Shown: positions 12,258-25,988, numbered from the whole stretch's first letter. The stretch: DNA of 61,663 nucleotides, filler included, from Choristocarpus tenellus KU-1152 (GCA_964200185.2; 14 parts of 14 records of this genome joined end to end with filler, not necessarily neighbours in it); one strand, 5' to 3'. The notes: a model not told the origin generated them from the sequence alone. A program made the numbers and translations.

Positions 12258-12820
12258 CTGTTGTGCGTGTTGGTTGCGAAACAGAAAAGATAAAAAAAAA
12301 CAGGATATTAAAAAAAAAACTCACACGAAACAACACGACCTGTTTCGTAAAATATGGAAAGGCGTGTGTGTGTACGGCAGTGTCTGAATATAAGAAGAAA
12401 ATCCAAGGCGATTCAGGGGAAAAAAAAAGACAAAAGGTAAAGAGCAATCACAACTGGGGTGGAACAAATTCCTGGTTTTATCATCTTTGAGGTATATCGA
12501 AATCAGGTGGAACAGGGGAAGGGGGACAGGGATGGCAGTGGAGTAGCGTTATCGACCATGGATACTTGACACAATCGATGTGACAGTACTCTTTACTAAG
12601 CAACACACACACACACTAAACTAAACACAAGATTGTGGGATAGAACGCAAACATGTGTAACATAGTACATATATTTCATAACAAAGTCAGCACACAACAA
12701 AACACAATGCAGAACATAACATAACATAACATAACATAACACGACACAACACACAACGTAACTCCTACCACCTGATACTGCCGATCACAAAGTCTGAACG
12801 TGCCTCACCCCTTCACTCCA

Positions 12821-12994
12821 GGCTAGAAGTACCTGGGGAAGGGGGTCTACACCAGGGTGTCCATTTGAACCCCGACCAGGAAAAGTGCAATTACATTATC
12901 CATACAACGCATACAACCAAATCACCCAAAATCACGACATTAAAACATTGTTCCCAATTGGACAGTTACCCCCCCCCCCAGATACTTTTGAGCT
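12821..12994 (+). mobile_element. MITE family A, full diverged copy
   Basis: ggctagaagtacctgggg ... ccccagatacttttgagct; flanks tcca|...|tcca. Confidence 0.9.
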
Positions 12995-13559
12995 TCCACA
13001 CACATTCCTTCCACAATATGTGAGGGTTAACTCACAAATTTGCTATGGTCTGATTCAGAGGAAGTGATCGAGCATTGAAGCAATGGTGTGTTAAATTAGA
13101 AGAGGCTCACATTGGCACTATACTTTTGTGACCTCATTGGAATAAGGTATTCAAAATCTCATTCTTGTAGGCTACCCATTCTAAAAACAGTTTCACTTTC
13201 ATTTCTACTGTCTTGAGGATAGATCCTGAACACTAAAGTAGTGTGGTACCAACACCAACACCAGTACTGGCATCAGCAAAGAACAGTACTTCACTGATAT
13301 ACAACTATCAGTGCAATACATACATACAACCACTCATGAACACAGCAGCAAAAAGATATCAACCAAGTTAGGACTATCTAGAGAGTGGAACCCTTCAAAA
13401 GAAAAACTACTGTAACAATACTATACTATTGCAACAAACTCTCACTTAATCGTACTGATCACTGAGTGAACTGGACAAAACAGAACAGAGGGAAAGGGCA
13501 GGCAGGCAGGCAGGCAGGCAGGGGCGGGGATGCAAAGGGTTTGCCTGGACAAAACTCAC

Positions 13560-13649
13560 CTTTTGCAGGAGCACTGCTGCTACAGATGAGTCCACTCCCC
13601 CAGATACCGCTCCAATAACTCGTCCTGTCGGTCCCACTGTCAATCGTAC
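13560..13649 (-). CDS. GMPS: GMP synthase, internal exon 1 of 3 seen (ATP-PPase P-loop)
   Basis: atag|VRLTVGPTGRVIGAVSGGVDSSVAAVLLQK|gtgagt; SGGVDS signature; 90 nt. Confidence 0.95.
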
Positions 13650-15221
13650 CTATTGATCCCATACATATTATTATTATTATTATCGATACATTACAGTCAT
13701 ACAAACAGGAAACAAGAAATAATAAAGAGGTAACCAGCAAAAAAAAAGAAGAGGAAGATGTATATACCCCAAAAAAGTGAGTACAATTACTTGTAGTTCC
13801 TGTTGAAGTACTACTGCCGATTCCTACCTATTTCATTTAATTTCATTACTAGTTACTAGTGCTAAACAGTTAAGATCCACACACACCCACCGCCTGCAAA
13901 AAAAAACAATGGCGACTCTCCTGCAAAAAAAATAAAAGAGTCAGCTGTCAGAATCAGTGCACATCACAACGCTTTTACAGTGCACACACTTCTGAAAAAG
14001 AGGAAAAAGAACAGAGAGACTCCTTTAGTGTACACTTATCACACTTATCAACTGACCTTAACCCTAACCTTAACCCCAACCGCTTAACACTTAGGGTCTT
14101 CTAAGAGTAGGATAGAATTCTCACACAGAATGCACAAAAACACCTGCAAAGGTCTTGGAAACCTCTATTTCAGAGGGGTTGTTCTTAGGCTTGATGGCAG
14201 CATACTGTGAGTGCAGGTGAACCTTCCCACTCTACAGCATATTGTGCAAGTCGTGTTGGTACATACACACAGGATACGATAGCTACGGGAGGAAGTCCAT
14301 GCTATAGTGTAAACACACTTTGGACAACATAACCTTCAACACTACGTTATGATAAACCTGTAACACTGGAGATGGTAACATATGTAACATCATACGTTAC
14401 TTCGGACAACAGAACACTCAACACTATGTTATGTTACGCCATGTTCAGTAACACGGGAAATATTGACATACATGGTACTCCAGAGTGCAAAACATACATA
14501 ATAAACGTCAAGTACATAATACACACAGAGTAAAATAATAACTCAGAGAGGTAGGACATCATTATGTTTAACACAATATTACACTGTTCCAATTTCAAAG
14601 CATTCATAACATTTACAACATCCTCAGCACGTGTCACACACACAATTGCCACAAAGACATGAGAGCAAAAGCAAGTCACCATTGCTGCACAGCTTAACTC
14701 CAACCCTAACCTCCAACCAAGATAAAAATCTCACTAATGCACGTGAACTCCTATATTCTTGTAGTAAATTGGTAGGAAAGAGTTAGGAAGACATCGTATA
14801 TATATATATATATATATATATTTAGGGAGTTTTTCTTTCTGTTCATTTTACTAGGGTTTGGGTGTGTAAACGCACGCTTGACGCCTGAAACTGTAGACAT
14901 AATAAAAATAAAATGAACAAAAGCGGAACACACATGGAATCAGCGTGAACTTAGAAAACCAACACCTTACCGTCCCATTATGCGCAGCAAGTACAAAGTT
15001 CGAAGTGTGCTAAAAAACCCTATTAAAGGTACATCACTATTAAAAAAGTAAACATTCAAAACAATCAAAATACCCCCCCCCCTGCCCCACAATAGACACC
15101 ACACTTTTTTTTTTCTTCTACNNNNNNNNNNNNNNNNNNNNNNNNNNNNNNNNNNNNNNNNNNNNTTAATTAATTAANNNNNNNNNNNNNNNNNNNNNNN
15201 NNNNNNNNNNNNNNNNNNNNN

Positions 15222-15243
15222 CCCCCCCCAGATACTTTGACCC
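15222..15243. mobile_element. MITE family A/C terminus
   Basis: ccccccagatactttgaccc at the contig start. Confidence 0.6.
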
Positions 15244-15479
15244 ACATCCACTTCCCACCAAAGACAGTAACTCTATTGTTAGAATAAATTTGGTTGCTCT
15301 GTCCGGAAAGAATAAATTTTGAGAAGTGAGTGCTAAACGCGACTTTGAAAGGTTAAATCATTCAAATAGTTGACATGACCTGTAACTGATGGTTTTATCA
15401 TGAAGGGATCAATGTAATGCCTGTATTGGTAGGTATGGTTGATAGTTGTGTGGTATTTTAATTACTAGCTGTAGAGATG

Positions 15480-15575
15480 TGATTTGATATGATATGATGT
15501 GATGTGATGTGATGTGATGTGATATGATATGATACAATAGGATGTGAGATGCCGTGTCATATCATATCATATCGC
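15480..15575. repeat. (GATRT)n pentanucleotide microsatellite
   Basis: gatatgatatgatgtgatgtgatgt..., followed by inverted atcatatcat units. Confidence 0.9.
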
Positions 15576-17096
15576 GTGGATCATTTTTCACTCTTAGTGT
15601 GGTGACTGAACTGGCTCAATATGCACCTCTCCCTATAAATTTCAACCCACTTCCCCAAGTATTGAGAGCATCTTTGATTTGATTGGTCAAGATAGAATGT
15701 GTGAACTAAATTCTATTGTCTTGCAATACTATGCAAAGTCCCAATCCTGTCCTACCGGTGTCCACTGTGTACTACCTTGTAGCTAAGACACTAAATTTAA
15801 TTATACTTGATACAAAAATCATTGTAATAGCTTGTGATCATACAATTTTTTTATCCAATATGCATGCCATTCATTGATTGTGTCTAGTTGTTCATCCATG
15901 CATGTATCTCCTTGATTAACAAAGCCATCAAATCCAAATGATATTTCCTCTGCAATATCATGCATATAGCATACAATAATATTTTAGTGATTGGTGATTG
16001 GTGATTAATCTCTTTTCAAGTTGTATGGGTGATGCTCTCCAAAGCCATGTGTATCCAATATCCTATTCAAATTAGCTTCCAGCTCTTCTCCATTGGAAAT
16101 ATTGTCTTTTGTTGATTTTTTGATTGACTACTTTATTAGAGGATTATTTACTATTTTTGTTTTATATTTTTTGTTCAACATTTAATGGGATGGTGTGTAT
16201 GGTATGGGACATTACATCAATACAACAACATAAAGTATCCTAGGTGCAAGTCTCTCATTGAGTCAGTCCAATGTGCTTGTCCTTCAATCTATTGGACAGT
16301 GGTGTATATAGTGTGAAGATAAGGCAGTCACTTTCAACTTCATTTCCATTTTGATGTGAAATGGGTAGCATGAATTAGCAAGAAGATAGTACATATGTAC
16401 TATTTATGGAAACAGTTTGTGCTGACCATACCGTTATCACTCTTAAACACCTGCCTCCACTGTCAACCATGAAAAAATAAAAATATGTTTTTCAAACTCT
16501 CCAACTCATCACTGTTGACTACCCAATCAAAACGATTGCAAATTTTCTGTTCTGAAATGTAACCGCGGAAGAATTCGAAATCTATTAACAAGGAAATCTA
16601 AGTTGAACCATGTATTTTAGGGTCTGTTCCCATTCCAACTTCTGTGTTTCTCTTTTTGGAGGATTAGAGTAAAGCTAGGTATCGTATCCTCAGAATTACA
16701 ACTTAGAGTAAAGCTTCTTTTTCATACTAAAAAGCCTCTAAATCAAGGACAGCAGTAACTGTTTTGTGTGTTGTTGTGCTATAGTGAGCTGAAACTTGAT
16801 ATGATATCACTGTAATATTGTGCTCATACCAAACACCATATCCCAACTCTGACTTCTACAACACCCTTGTTAGATAGTGTATGCTTTACCTTCTGAATTG
16901 TACACCAACCTTATTAGATAGTGTATACTGTATCTACTATAGATAATAAAACAATTACCCCCCTACAGTACACACACAGTTCATTAACCATTTACCACTC
17001 CCTTACCGCTGTCCCTCGACGCTAAACTACTGTGCCTACTTGACTGCATGTATATATGTATATGTATGTATTATGTATGTATTTACTATCTGGAAG

Positions 17097-17212
17097 GGTG
17101 GGGTACAAGAACTGTTGTTTTGTGCATGTATCACTGGTGCCTGTTGTTGGCTCTCCAGGCGAGCAGAAGACCAAGCCTACTCAACACTCTGTAAAACAGA
17201 TGCGGGGTCTTG
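17097..17212 (+). CDS. CTPS: CTP synthase, internal exon 1 of 3 seen
   Basis: gaag|[40 protein letters not shown]|gtgagt; [11 protein letters not shown] signature. Confidence 0.96.
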
Positions 17213-17830
17213 GTGAGTTTTGTTGATTGTTTTTCAACTTCAACCTTGGCAATACATACTAGTATTAGAAATGTGGTTAACATTGTTTGCCCATTTGGTG
17301 AAGTTTTCTCATTTGATGGGTGCAACCCACGATTTGATTGTGATGTGATAGAGCCTCCTTGTGTTTCTTCTATGCACTTAAGTCCAGTCCTCTCTTGCCC
17401 CTCCTTTATTTGTGCTCAATGCAATGTGAGTCTCATGAGTCTCATGACTCTAGATGACTCTAGGTGACCCCAACACTGAACTTGAGAGAGAGTGATATGT
17501 GAGAGTGTAATACATACTCTTGAACGGAGTATTTGCAATAATAATAATAATAAAGAAATAACTACGCCAAAACACAACTTTGTGTTTTTGTGTTACACCC
17601 TCCAAATCACTTTTTGAACAACAGATATGATTGACCAAATTGCAAGTACCTCAAGTGTTGGCTGGGTTACTGGACAACAGGGTTAGCACATGCAAATTTT
17701 CACCTTTTCCTTCTTTCTAGTAACACCACACCCCATTTCACCTTAACTATTTAACTTTAAATACTTTTAACTATTTTACCTTAACTACTGGTCCTTTTGG
17801 TGTTCAATCTGATATTGTCACTCTTCAAAG

Positions 17831-17913
17831 GCCTGACTCCTGATTTCCTCATGTGCAGAGGACAGAAGGTCTTGGAGAAGCCTGCTCTTGAGAAGCTGTC
17901 TATGTTTTGTCAG
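17831..17913 (+). CDS. CTPS: CTP synthase, internal exon 2 of 3 seen (GC donor)
   Basis: aaag|(G)LTPDFLMCRGQKVLEKPALEKLSMFCQ|gcaaga; matches GL.PD...CR...EKIS.FC. Confidence 0.93.
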
Positions 17914-19233
17914 GCAAGATGAAAGGGCCAGGGTTGAGGCTAGGTTAGGGGTTTGTATGGAATATTGTATGACATAATGGCTGGAAATGCATCACTCCTT
18001 AAGGCACTGTTATTTGAAAGCACAGTTGAAGTCCTGCTAGGTACAGGTCCTCCGTTTTGTTTGATAAGGGTCAGGATGGGGTTGAGGTCTGGTTGGTTGA
18101 GTTTGAACCAAGATACATACATGTGTAGAAGGATACTTGAGAGTATTTATTAATCCTACTTCATTTTTATTGCTTTAGTAATGAGTTGGTTATTGGAATA
18201 TGTACTTCCAGTGCGTTGTAGAGCTGAGTTGATTCAGACTTGATTCAGCGATGTTGTTACTTCTTGCTAGGGATAAAATTGCAATCGACTTTTGTATGAT
18301 GCATTGAAGTCAACTCCTGTATATGAGTGGTGCAGCAAGCATCATGTCCACATTTAGCAACAAACAAAATATTCCCCAAAGTTAGTACTGGCATTGTTCT
18401 GGAGTGGTTGGTATCTACTCATCATCACTCTCAAGTATTAGTACATGGCCTTATGTACATCCCCAGAATGTACTTTATTGTGTTTTAGTACTGAACTGAT
18501 GAGTGTTTTCCTGTCTAGTACGTTATCCCTATTAAGTCAAATAGTATAGTTAAATAGTATAGTGCATTAAATAAATGTCCAAGTCCTTCAGTAACTCATG
18601 TTTGCTCTACACAAGAGAGAGATTAAGCCTCTCCTTTACCTTGTGTGTCATCTTCATCTTCATCTTGCATGTCTATCAATTCACAATTACTACCAATGAT
18701 AGCTGCATTCCTTACCCCAGCCATAGTACATACCTTATATTATCTAGACATGGTACCATGTGATGTGTGCTTATCACTGCTCCCACAGAGGCAGGGCATT
18801 GTGATCCTAATCATGGATCACGTTACCAGACATCCATACCAATCCAACTGTCTTTCTTACCTTTCAAATTCACTTTTTGACCCTCAACCGCTCAACTCCT
18901 CACACTGCCAATGTTACCTTTATAATAAATTAGTATACATTGAGCTAGCTAGCGTAGAGATTTAAAAATGTGTGCTGTGTCCCTATATGTAGTGAGTATA
19001 GTGGACTATGGTATAGCATACAGGATATAGAATATAGTGTAATCCTCTTATCTACCATACTATAGTATAGAAGACTAGAGTATCATCGTTCAATCTATGT
19101 TACAATCTATGCCTCCACAGTCTCATTGCAGGGGCGCCTTTCAACTGAACCCGAATTATTATAGTTTTGTCCCAAATAAATATGGTTCAAATGGTTAATA
19201 CTGTACACAATTGTGATGTGTTTTGGTGATCAG

Positions 19234-19309
19234 GTGCCTCCAGCTGGGGTGATGTCAGTTCATGATGTATCCAACATCTATCGTGTGCCCCTTCTTCTAC
19301 TGGAGCAGA
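19234..19309 (+). CDS. CTPS: CTP synthase, internal exon 3 of 3 seen
   Basis: tcag|VPPAGVMSVHDVSNIYRVPLLLLEQ-a|gtgaga; HDVS.IY.VPLLL..Q motif. Confidence 0.94.
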
Positions 19310-20253
19310 GTGAGAGACAGGGTTTTTTTCAACAGTCCTTTTTTGGTTTGCATGGCATGTTTCTCACTCAAAGGAGTTTGAAAGATGATAAATCTCTTGG
19401 TGTGCACTGGTGTCCATCTTTTTAAGAGAGTCTTTCATTGGTATAGGCAGTCGTAAAGCCCAAAAACTGGACTGTAGCAATATCGACCATATACAAGATC
19501 TGGGGCACCCCACCCACAGACCAGACTGTGTAAATAGCTGACAGTCATGGTCCAGCCACCACCATATCCACATGTATTTGGGACAATATGCATCACCCAA
19601 ACTCAATTTTGATGGTAAAGTATTTTGTAGAAAGCACTTTAGGTCTATCCAACTCTATTCTAAAACTAATTGTCTGGGCTCTGACTAGTCTGACTAACCC
19701 AGACACAGCAATACAGTCCAGAGGAACAGGCTGACCCGGGGGAGTAGACTGGACTGTCCACAATCTCCTGGTGTGATGAGAGGCTGTTGGTTGTGAAGTA
19801 GCTGCTACCTACTTTGTGGAATACACACTCAACGCAACCTGGTTTGGTCAAATACGCTTTGTCTTTTTTTTTCTTGATAATTTTTTTCCAACAACCACAG
19901 TAAATCAAGTTTTATTGAAATTCCCATTGACATTCCCAATGCCATAGGGGACCACATGGGTGGTATTAAAAATGTATTCAATTTTTACTGACTAGAGAAT
20001 TACCATTCCACTATCACTCCAATACCAATCACTCCCCCCCCCCCTCTGTTGGCTGTGCAAGCAGTATGGGTTGATGATCACCTGGTTTGGAAAGGGGTGT
20101 TTGGTTCGGCNNNNNNNNNNNNNNNNNNNNNNNNNNNNNNNNNNNNNNNNNNNNTTAATTAATTAANNNNNNNNNNNNNNNNNNNNNNNNNNNNNNNNNN
20201 NNNNNNNNNNGTCACCAATTCTCGCATAGGCGTATCACTGGACTCATCAATAA

Positions 20254-20297
<44 letters not shown>

Positions 20298-20456
20298 TTA
20301 TTGAGGCACAAACAAACAAAAAAGGAAGCATTTTTTTTATTTTAAAGAGAGTGTACGACTCAGTATGTTCTTCACTTCTCCAAAAGTGAGATATCGTGCG
20401 TATGAGGGTAGCTGTTGTCTCTTGCCAACCTTTAGTCCACATTGCCAATAACATGA

Positions 20457-20883
20457 AGTTGATAAGTTAAAATCAGTAAATTAAATCAATAAGTTAAAAT
20501 CAATAAGTTAAATCGATAAGTTAAATTCAATAAATTAAATCAATAAGTTAAATTCAGTAAGCTAAATCGATAAGTTAAATTCAATAAGTTAAATCGATAA
20601 GTTAAATTCAGTAAGTTAAATCAATAAGTTAAATTCAATAAGTTAAATTCAGTAAGTTAAATCAATAAGTTAAATTCAATAAGTTAAATTCAGTAAGTTA
20701 AATCAATAAGTTAAATTCAATTAAGTTAAATCGATAAGTTAAATTCAATAAGTTAAATCAATAAGTTAAAATCAATAAGTTAAATTCAGTAAGTTAAATC
20801 AATAAGTTAAATTCAGTAAGTTAAATCAATAAGTTAAATTCAATAAGTTAATTCGATAAGTTAAATTCAATAAGTTAAAATCA
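20457..20883. repeat. AT-rich minisatellite, 13-14 bp unit TAAGTTAAAT(T)C(A/G)(A/G)
   Basis: About 30 tandem units, read directly. Confidence 0.97.
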
Positions 20884-20926
20884 GATGTGACCTCCGTCCC
20901 TCCACCAACAAGCTGTGACAGCTCAC

Positions 20927-21015
20927 CTGAACTCTAGCGATATCATGTTGAGTACAGCTTGTCCTGGCATGGTACAGGTATGAAAGTACTCAGCAAACTC
21001 CCCAAGAGTCATGGA
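20927..21015 (-). CDS. JmjC histone demethylase (KDM2/KDM7/PHF8-like), internal exon
   Basis: aaag|SMTLGEFAEYFHTCTMPGQAVLNMISLEF-ag|gtgagc; matches the M.L..F..Y....VLNVISLEFS motif of the JHDM1 family. Confidence 0.88.
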
Positions 21016-21745
21016 CTTTATTAATGTACATGTGTACCAAAGAAGAAGAGTCACCCATATCACACACAAAACAGGCAAACACACACACAACACACAACAT
21101 AACACAACACAACATAACACACACAACACACAGGTAAGGTTGGAAGCAGAACGGCATATCAGTGTAGTCATACAGATGGAGTTATAAATCATCTCTTGAC
21201 TCACCTATTATAATAGCACACCACCCTAACCCTAAGATCTTGTGCAGAAGAAAAAAAACTCCATACATGTCTGTTAATCGTTTATATTATTATTATTATT
21301 ATTATCATTATTATTATCATTATGATTATCATTATAACAATACAGCAGTCGCTCATTGGCATTCAAGAGCAAAACAAGCAGTGATATATATCCGTAAGAT
21401 ATCATCAAAATCGCCATTTGCAAAGTACCTATACCCACTAGCACTTGCAGGAGCTTCATGCGTAGCATCTGAAAACTATAATAAAACTAAAATAAAACTA
21501 AAATCTTTCCTAAACGCAGGTAAAGCCTATCACTTTGGGTGGACCCTCTGTGAAATCAGAGATGAGAGGTTACACCTGTTTTTTTTTTTTCTCAATGATT
21601 TTTTTTTTTCTCAATTGGTGTTCACACCGCATCTTAGATTCAGGGGGGGGGGCTGAGAGAGCTGTCTCAGGATGGAGCTTACTCCTTGTGAATAAGTAAG
21701 TTGAAAAAAAAAGAGGATAGGGTTTCTTCAGATCATTTCTAGCAC

Positions 21746-21768
21746 AACCCTAACCCTAACCCTAACCC
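21746..21768. repeat. Interstitial telomere-type repeat (CCCTAA)3+
   Basis: aaccctaaccctaaccctaaccc; similar short tracts near 10466, 10658, 10778, 11534, 14057, 21224, 49604, 51884 and 54162. Confidence 0.85.
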
Positions 21769-22433
21769 AAAACTACTACTTGAGGTGCTAGAAAAATGAC
21801 TTAAAAAAAAATACTAATTGGAGTTTTAAATGTACAATTGCTACATTGCAGGGGTTTGCTGTGTACACATTCAAGACTGCACTCAGATTGTCAACAGGAT
21901 TTGCCTTGGACACACTGGCAGACACACTGGGGAAACTAAAATGGAGAACTTGTGCTGCAAGTTGTAGAAACTTCATAATGCCACAGCCACATGCTTAACA
22001 CACGCCTTCAATAGTGCTAAAAAACACAACACAATAGCTCTCAAGAAGTGCAACTCTCTCTTTTTCTATAATAAACTAATGTAAAGTTACACTGAATATA
22101 TATAAATATATGTGCACATACATTTTTTACTCTCCTACACAAGAACATGAACGTATCTGATGACCCTATGCACAACTATTTGAAAAGAAAAAAAGTGAAA
22201 ACTTTCATCTGGAAAATAGGCACTTCAAAAATAGCAATGTGCTAAAACCATTGTACTCTTGGATTCAACAAAACATCATTGGTGTGACAAACAAACACAC
22301 ACACACAAACACACACAAACACACACACAAACAGAAAAACGCCTCTTCACACCAACCCTGCAAACCTCCAATAACCCCCTCCTCCCTAAAAGAAAGATGG
22401 CAACGTGTACCAAAACAACTTGCAGGAACGCAC

Positions 22434-22535
22434 CTGGGCGAGTTGCGCCTGCTCCCCCACATGGATGGGCCTGATGGGCACATCCTCACCAACCACCCTG
22501 GCAACGTCTTCCACTCCAAAGGAGGCACCCGGGAC
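22434..22535 (-). CDS. JmjC histone demethylase (KDM2/KDM7-like), preceding exon
   Basis: acag|VPGASFGVEDVARVVGEDVPIRPIHVGEQAQLAQ|gtgcgt; matches P..F.V.DV...VG....I..I.V..Q and splices in frame to 21015. Confidence 0.85.
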
Positions 22536-23504
22536 CTGTAAAGTGAGGACAAGACAGTGAATGTGAACATGAACAAAACAGGGCAATTTGTGAGCAGTAC
22601 ATGTCGACCATTGTGGACCAGGCAAGAGAGTGCAGTATATAGGGTGTGTGAGGGGCGTGCCTATTAGTAATGAATGCAAACAATAACAAATAAAACAGGT
22701 ACTGCATCAAGTGCATAGTTTCCTGTTTCTGGTTTGTATCAGATGTGACTCAAGACATACCCGTTGGGGTTGGTCAACATTCCATCGATTTTTTCCTCCG
22801 TGTAGTAATAGCACATCCTTACTCACTGGGGAAACTCAAATAAGCTCAGGGTTGAGGTGCGTTTGCAGTAGTTTCTGTGACATGTAACAATAGGACCAGA
22901 TCACGGCGTTCACAGGGTGGTACATGCTTTGCACATGATCGGGGCAGGTGAAACACTTGCTAGGTGTGTCTGCGTTGATGTCTGAAGTCGTAGAATTCTT
23001 GAGTGAGAACAGTTGTAGGTGATGGCTGGGCTGGGGTATATACCACTTAGCAGTACAGAATACAGTAGGATCCAGGGTGTCTGAGTTCACTTTTGTTGCT
23101 AGTGCGTGTGTGACTTTGATGGAAGACAGGCCTCTTAGAACCTTGACAACCAGAATTTTATGGACCCTCAGCACATCACTCTTGCCTTTTTCACCTATAG
23201 CGTGATTGATATTTTATTGTTAGTGAAACTGCTCTGTTTGTTTTCCTGAGCTGTTTGGTTTGGAGCCTCCATGCCAACAGCTTCACACGACCCAAAGAAG
23301 AGAGCACACCCCCATCCAACATCATTCAATTTCAACAATGTATTATGTTCAACACAACAATCACTCCAACAGTGGTCCTACTCCCTATAGTCAGTGCATA
23401 ATCCTTGATGATGAAGGGTCATACAATGTGCACGTGCTCTATAATACCCCATAAAGAGCCAACGGCAACAGCATCAGATCACTCTCCAACAAGCAAGTGT
23501 CAGC

Positions 23505-23693
23505 AATTTTTGCTATCATGTTTGTTAGGAAGTGTCAATACCCTTGTTCCGGATACACCTTTTCATAACCTATACATTTTACCTACTCTGAAATATTTTG
23601 GAGTAGGGAAATGTCATAGAAAGGGACCATCGGAAGCCAAGTCCCAAATGGACAAACAGGGGAAAAATCGCACCCTCTATGACACTTTCACTC
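23505..23693 (+). mobile_element. MITE family B, 5'-truncated copy
   Basis: gctatcatgtttgttaggaagtgtcaata...cccaaatggacaaacagggg..accctctatgacactttcactc. Confidence 0.9.
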
Positions 23694-24394
23694 TCTCATT
23701 AGCAACATTCGTTGTTCAAGCTCGTACTCTTCCGGTAGTCCACCCAGAGTAATTACGTTCAATTCCTCATCGCTGATCATTTGTCCCAATGAAGTCAGCC
23801 CTTTACCTAGTTGACTGGCTTTCAGGATGCAGTGTATGGTTGAGGTCCCTCCCCAGGTCCAAGCTTGATGGACTGGAACTCGTATCAAACCCGAAGTCTC
23901 TCATCCAAAGTATGAGGTTCATAATACTCGCACAACACAGCAGTTCTGAGTCCCTCGTGCTCCATCACGATCTCCAGTACCATTCCCTTGCAAACATTGA
24001 GATGTGACATCCTTCTTTGTTGTAATTGTCCCACTCATCCGTACTCCCTTGATTTTTTCCTTCCTGCAGATGTTCCAGCTCCCCGCTGAATGCATGCAAT
24101 GTCCTGGTCATCGCTATACAACCTTGGAAGTGAGTTTTCCGTGCAGTCCACTATTTGGTCTCACTGTTCCACACGTGTACCTCCAATCTGTACATCGAAT
24201 CCCTGCTCCTCTGCTGGGGTTGTGATTGCAACTGCTGTTACTGTTGCTCCAGTCGCCCTGTCGCGACCTGCCCTCCTGCTGGGCGACCACGTTCGCTGCT
24301 GCCAAAGCCACATGCTCCCTAGCTGTGCCTCAACACTCGCTTGAACGGCTGCCTCTATTTCTTCCTCCATACCTCGGTCATCCCCTGAAGCCAT
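23694..24394 (-). pseudogene. Decayed Ty1/copia-type gag
   Basis: LTSLGQMISDEELNVITLGGLPEEYELEQRML resembles the Retrotran_gag_2/UBN2 region. Frameshifted and cut by the MITE at 23693. Confidence 0.65.
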
Positions 24395-25988
24395 AGCATC
24401 CCTAACTCTTCCTTCTGCTGCCTCCTTAAATCAAGCAGTACACGCACTCCCTTTAGTCTGTAGTGCACTATATGGAAGATAGCTTGTTTTAAAAGGTGTT
24501 TGCACACTCCCAAAGAGCGTGGTGCTTTACCAAGAAGAAAATGATGTAGATTGTGCTTTATTTTGTTACAGCGAAGAGTGAGACCTATCCTTTAGGGGGG
24601 GCTGGTTCCTAGTCTCCCATAATCACGCATAGAATCGTTTCCGGTCAATCATGCATAGAAGCATTTTCTAAATATTTCAACATCAATATATTCCAATTTT
24701 TCTGATCCGTCACTAGTCAACTATATTACACATATTGTCTTGCTACGTACATCATTGATTCATGTGTACTAAGAGCAACATTTGGTGTAGAGTATTTCAA
24801 AGCATCTCCTTATGCTAACACACATGTTCAAAGGAGAAAGGAATGCTCAAGACAGGCTTCCTATCAATTTACTGCATGTAGATACAAGCAGTGCTTAGAG
24901 TCAGGTGGGGGGGTTCAACACACTGGGTACTAATGTATATCCAGTGTGTATGTTGGGACACAGGGGTTATTTGCAGTTGGGGATTTCATGGCACCACAGT
25001 TTCTTGTTTGTTGTTTTCTCAAGCTCTCTCCACCCAGCACATAGACCATGTATCGCTTTTTCCTGCTAGACATATAATCCTTGAAGATACCAGTAGTTCG
25101 AATACTCTATGTTGAAGTGAAGCCTCCAGATGAAGCATCCTTACACTTTGATTAATCCCTTCCCTACGAACTTGGAATGCCTAGCACAAATCAACTCCAG
25201 AAACTCAGTCCCACTTACCACCCCATTTCTCTTGACAACATATCTGTGTAGTAAGACAATGACGAGGAGGGAACAAGCACCTCTATTCTTACCTTACGAC
25301 ATTTAAGGTCTTAGATTTCAAGTAGCAGTCCACACTTACCCTCTGCCGTGCCCGCTGCCTGCCCTGTTTTCCTCTCTCTTCGAGGAAGATATGCCGTCCT
25401 CCAAGTTGTGCTAGGTTTCCTGCACGGATTTTCCTACTCCATGCTCTATGTCCTCACTGAATCAATCTCCATCCCTGTCTTCCTCCACTCCTGGAACAAC
25501 ATGTTTTCTGTGATTAGTCCAATGGAGGGCCTGCCCGTCACTGGCGCAGATTGGGAGCAGGTTTTAAACAATGCACACACTGGAGGAGCCTTAGATTTTT
25601 CACTGGGACTCCCCCTGTTCGTTACTACAATGACGTATGCAGTAGTAGCATTGTTTTGCCTTCAACGTGTTCAGGTGCAATGGGTGGAAGTAGGGGGGGG
25701 GGGCTGGAAAAAGAGGTGATACACTCATTCCAGTCAAAACCTAATCAACCATGTTTCCCCCTTGCCCTCCCCAACAAAAGCAGCATGGCTACGAGACCTC
25801 GGACATAGATCCCTAGTTCAGTTATATTCACTCGGGAGGCAAGGTGGGTATCATTTGCAGCACAGGATAGGGGAGAAGAAGAATAGCACCCCTTCTTGAC
25901 TGAGGTCTCCAACCAGGAAGTTTAAGTTTGATTTACATCATTGCCCCCAAGTGCCTCAGAACCTGTGACACATAGACTCATTCTGGCA

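Noticed and set aside
14960-15020. Donor-like gtaagg as an upstream GMP synthase exon
   Set aside because: Translation does not match the expected glutaminase-linker sequence.
15600-16100. Possible LINE RT remnant (YMHDI, QYLG on minus strand)
   Set aside because: Motifs too short and degenerate to support a call.
10263-19309. GMP synthase next to CTP synthase, an apparent nucleotide amidotransferase cluster
   Set aside because: They lie on different contigs separated by the artificial spacer at 15122-15221, so linkage cannot be inferred.
20457-20883. CRISPR-like array
   Set aside because: Head-to-tail tandem units with no unique spacers, no cas genes, and a eukaryotic intron context. The same applies to 48653-48825 and 49867-50295.
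21660-21725. aggatggagctt match to the 9298 element TIR
   Set aside because: Only about 12 bp; no extended similarity or partner end.
24593-24665. G-run followed by repeated aatca(c/t)gcatagaa, a possible transposon end
   Set aside because: No matching inverted partner found in the contig.
25330-25500. Purine-rich minus-strand segment with good splice sites as a further JmjC exon
   Set aside because: Stops in all three frames from the candidate acceptor, and no JmjC similarity.
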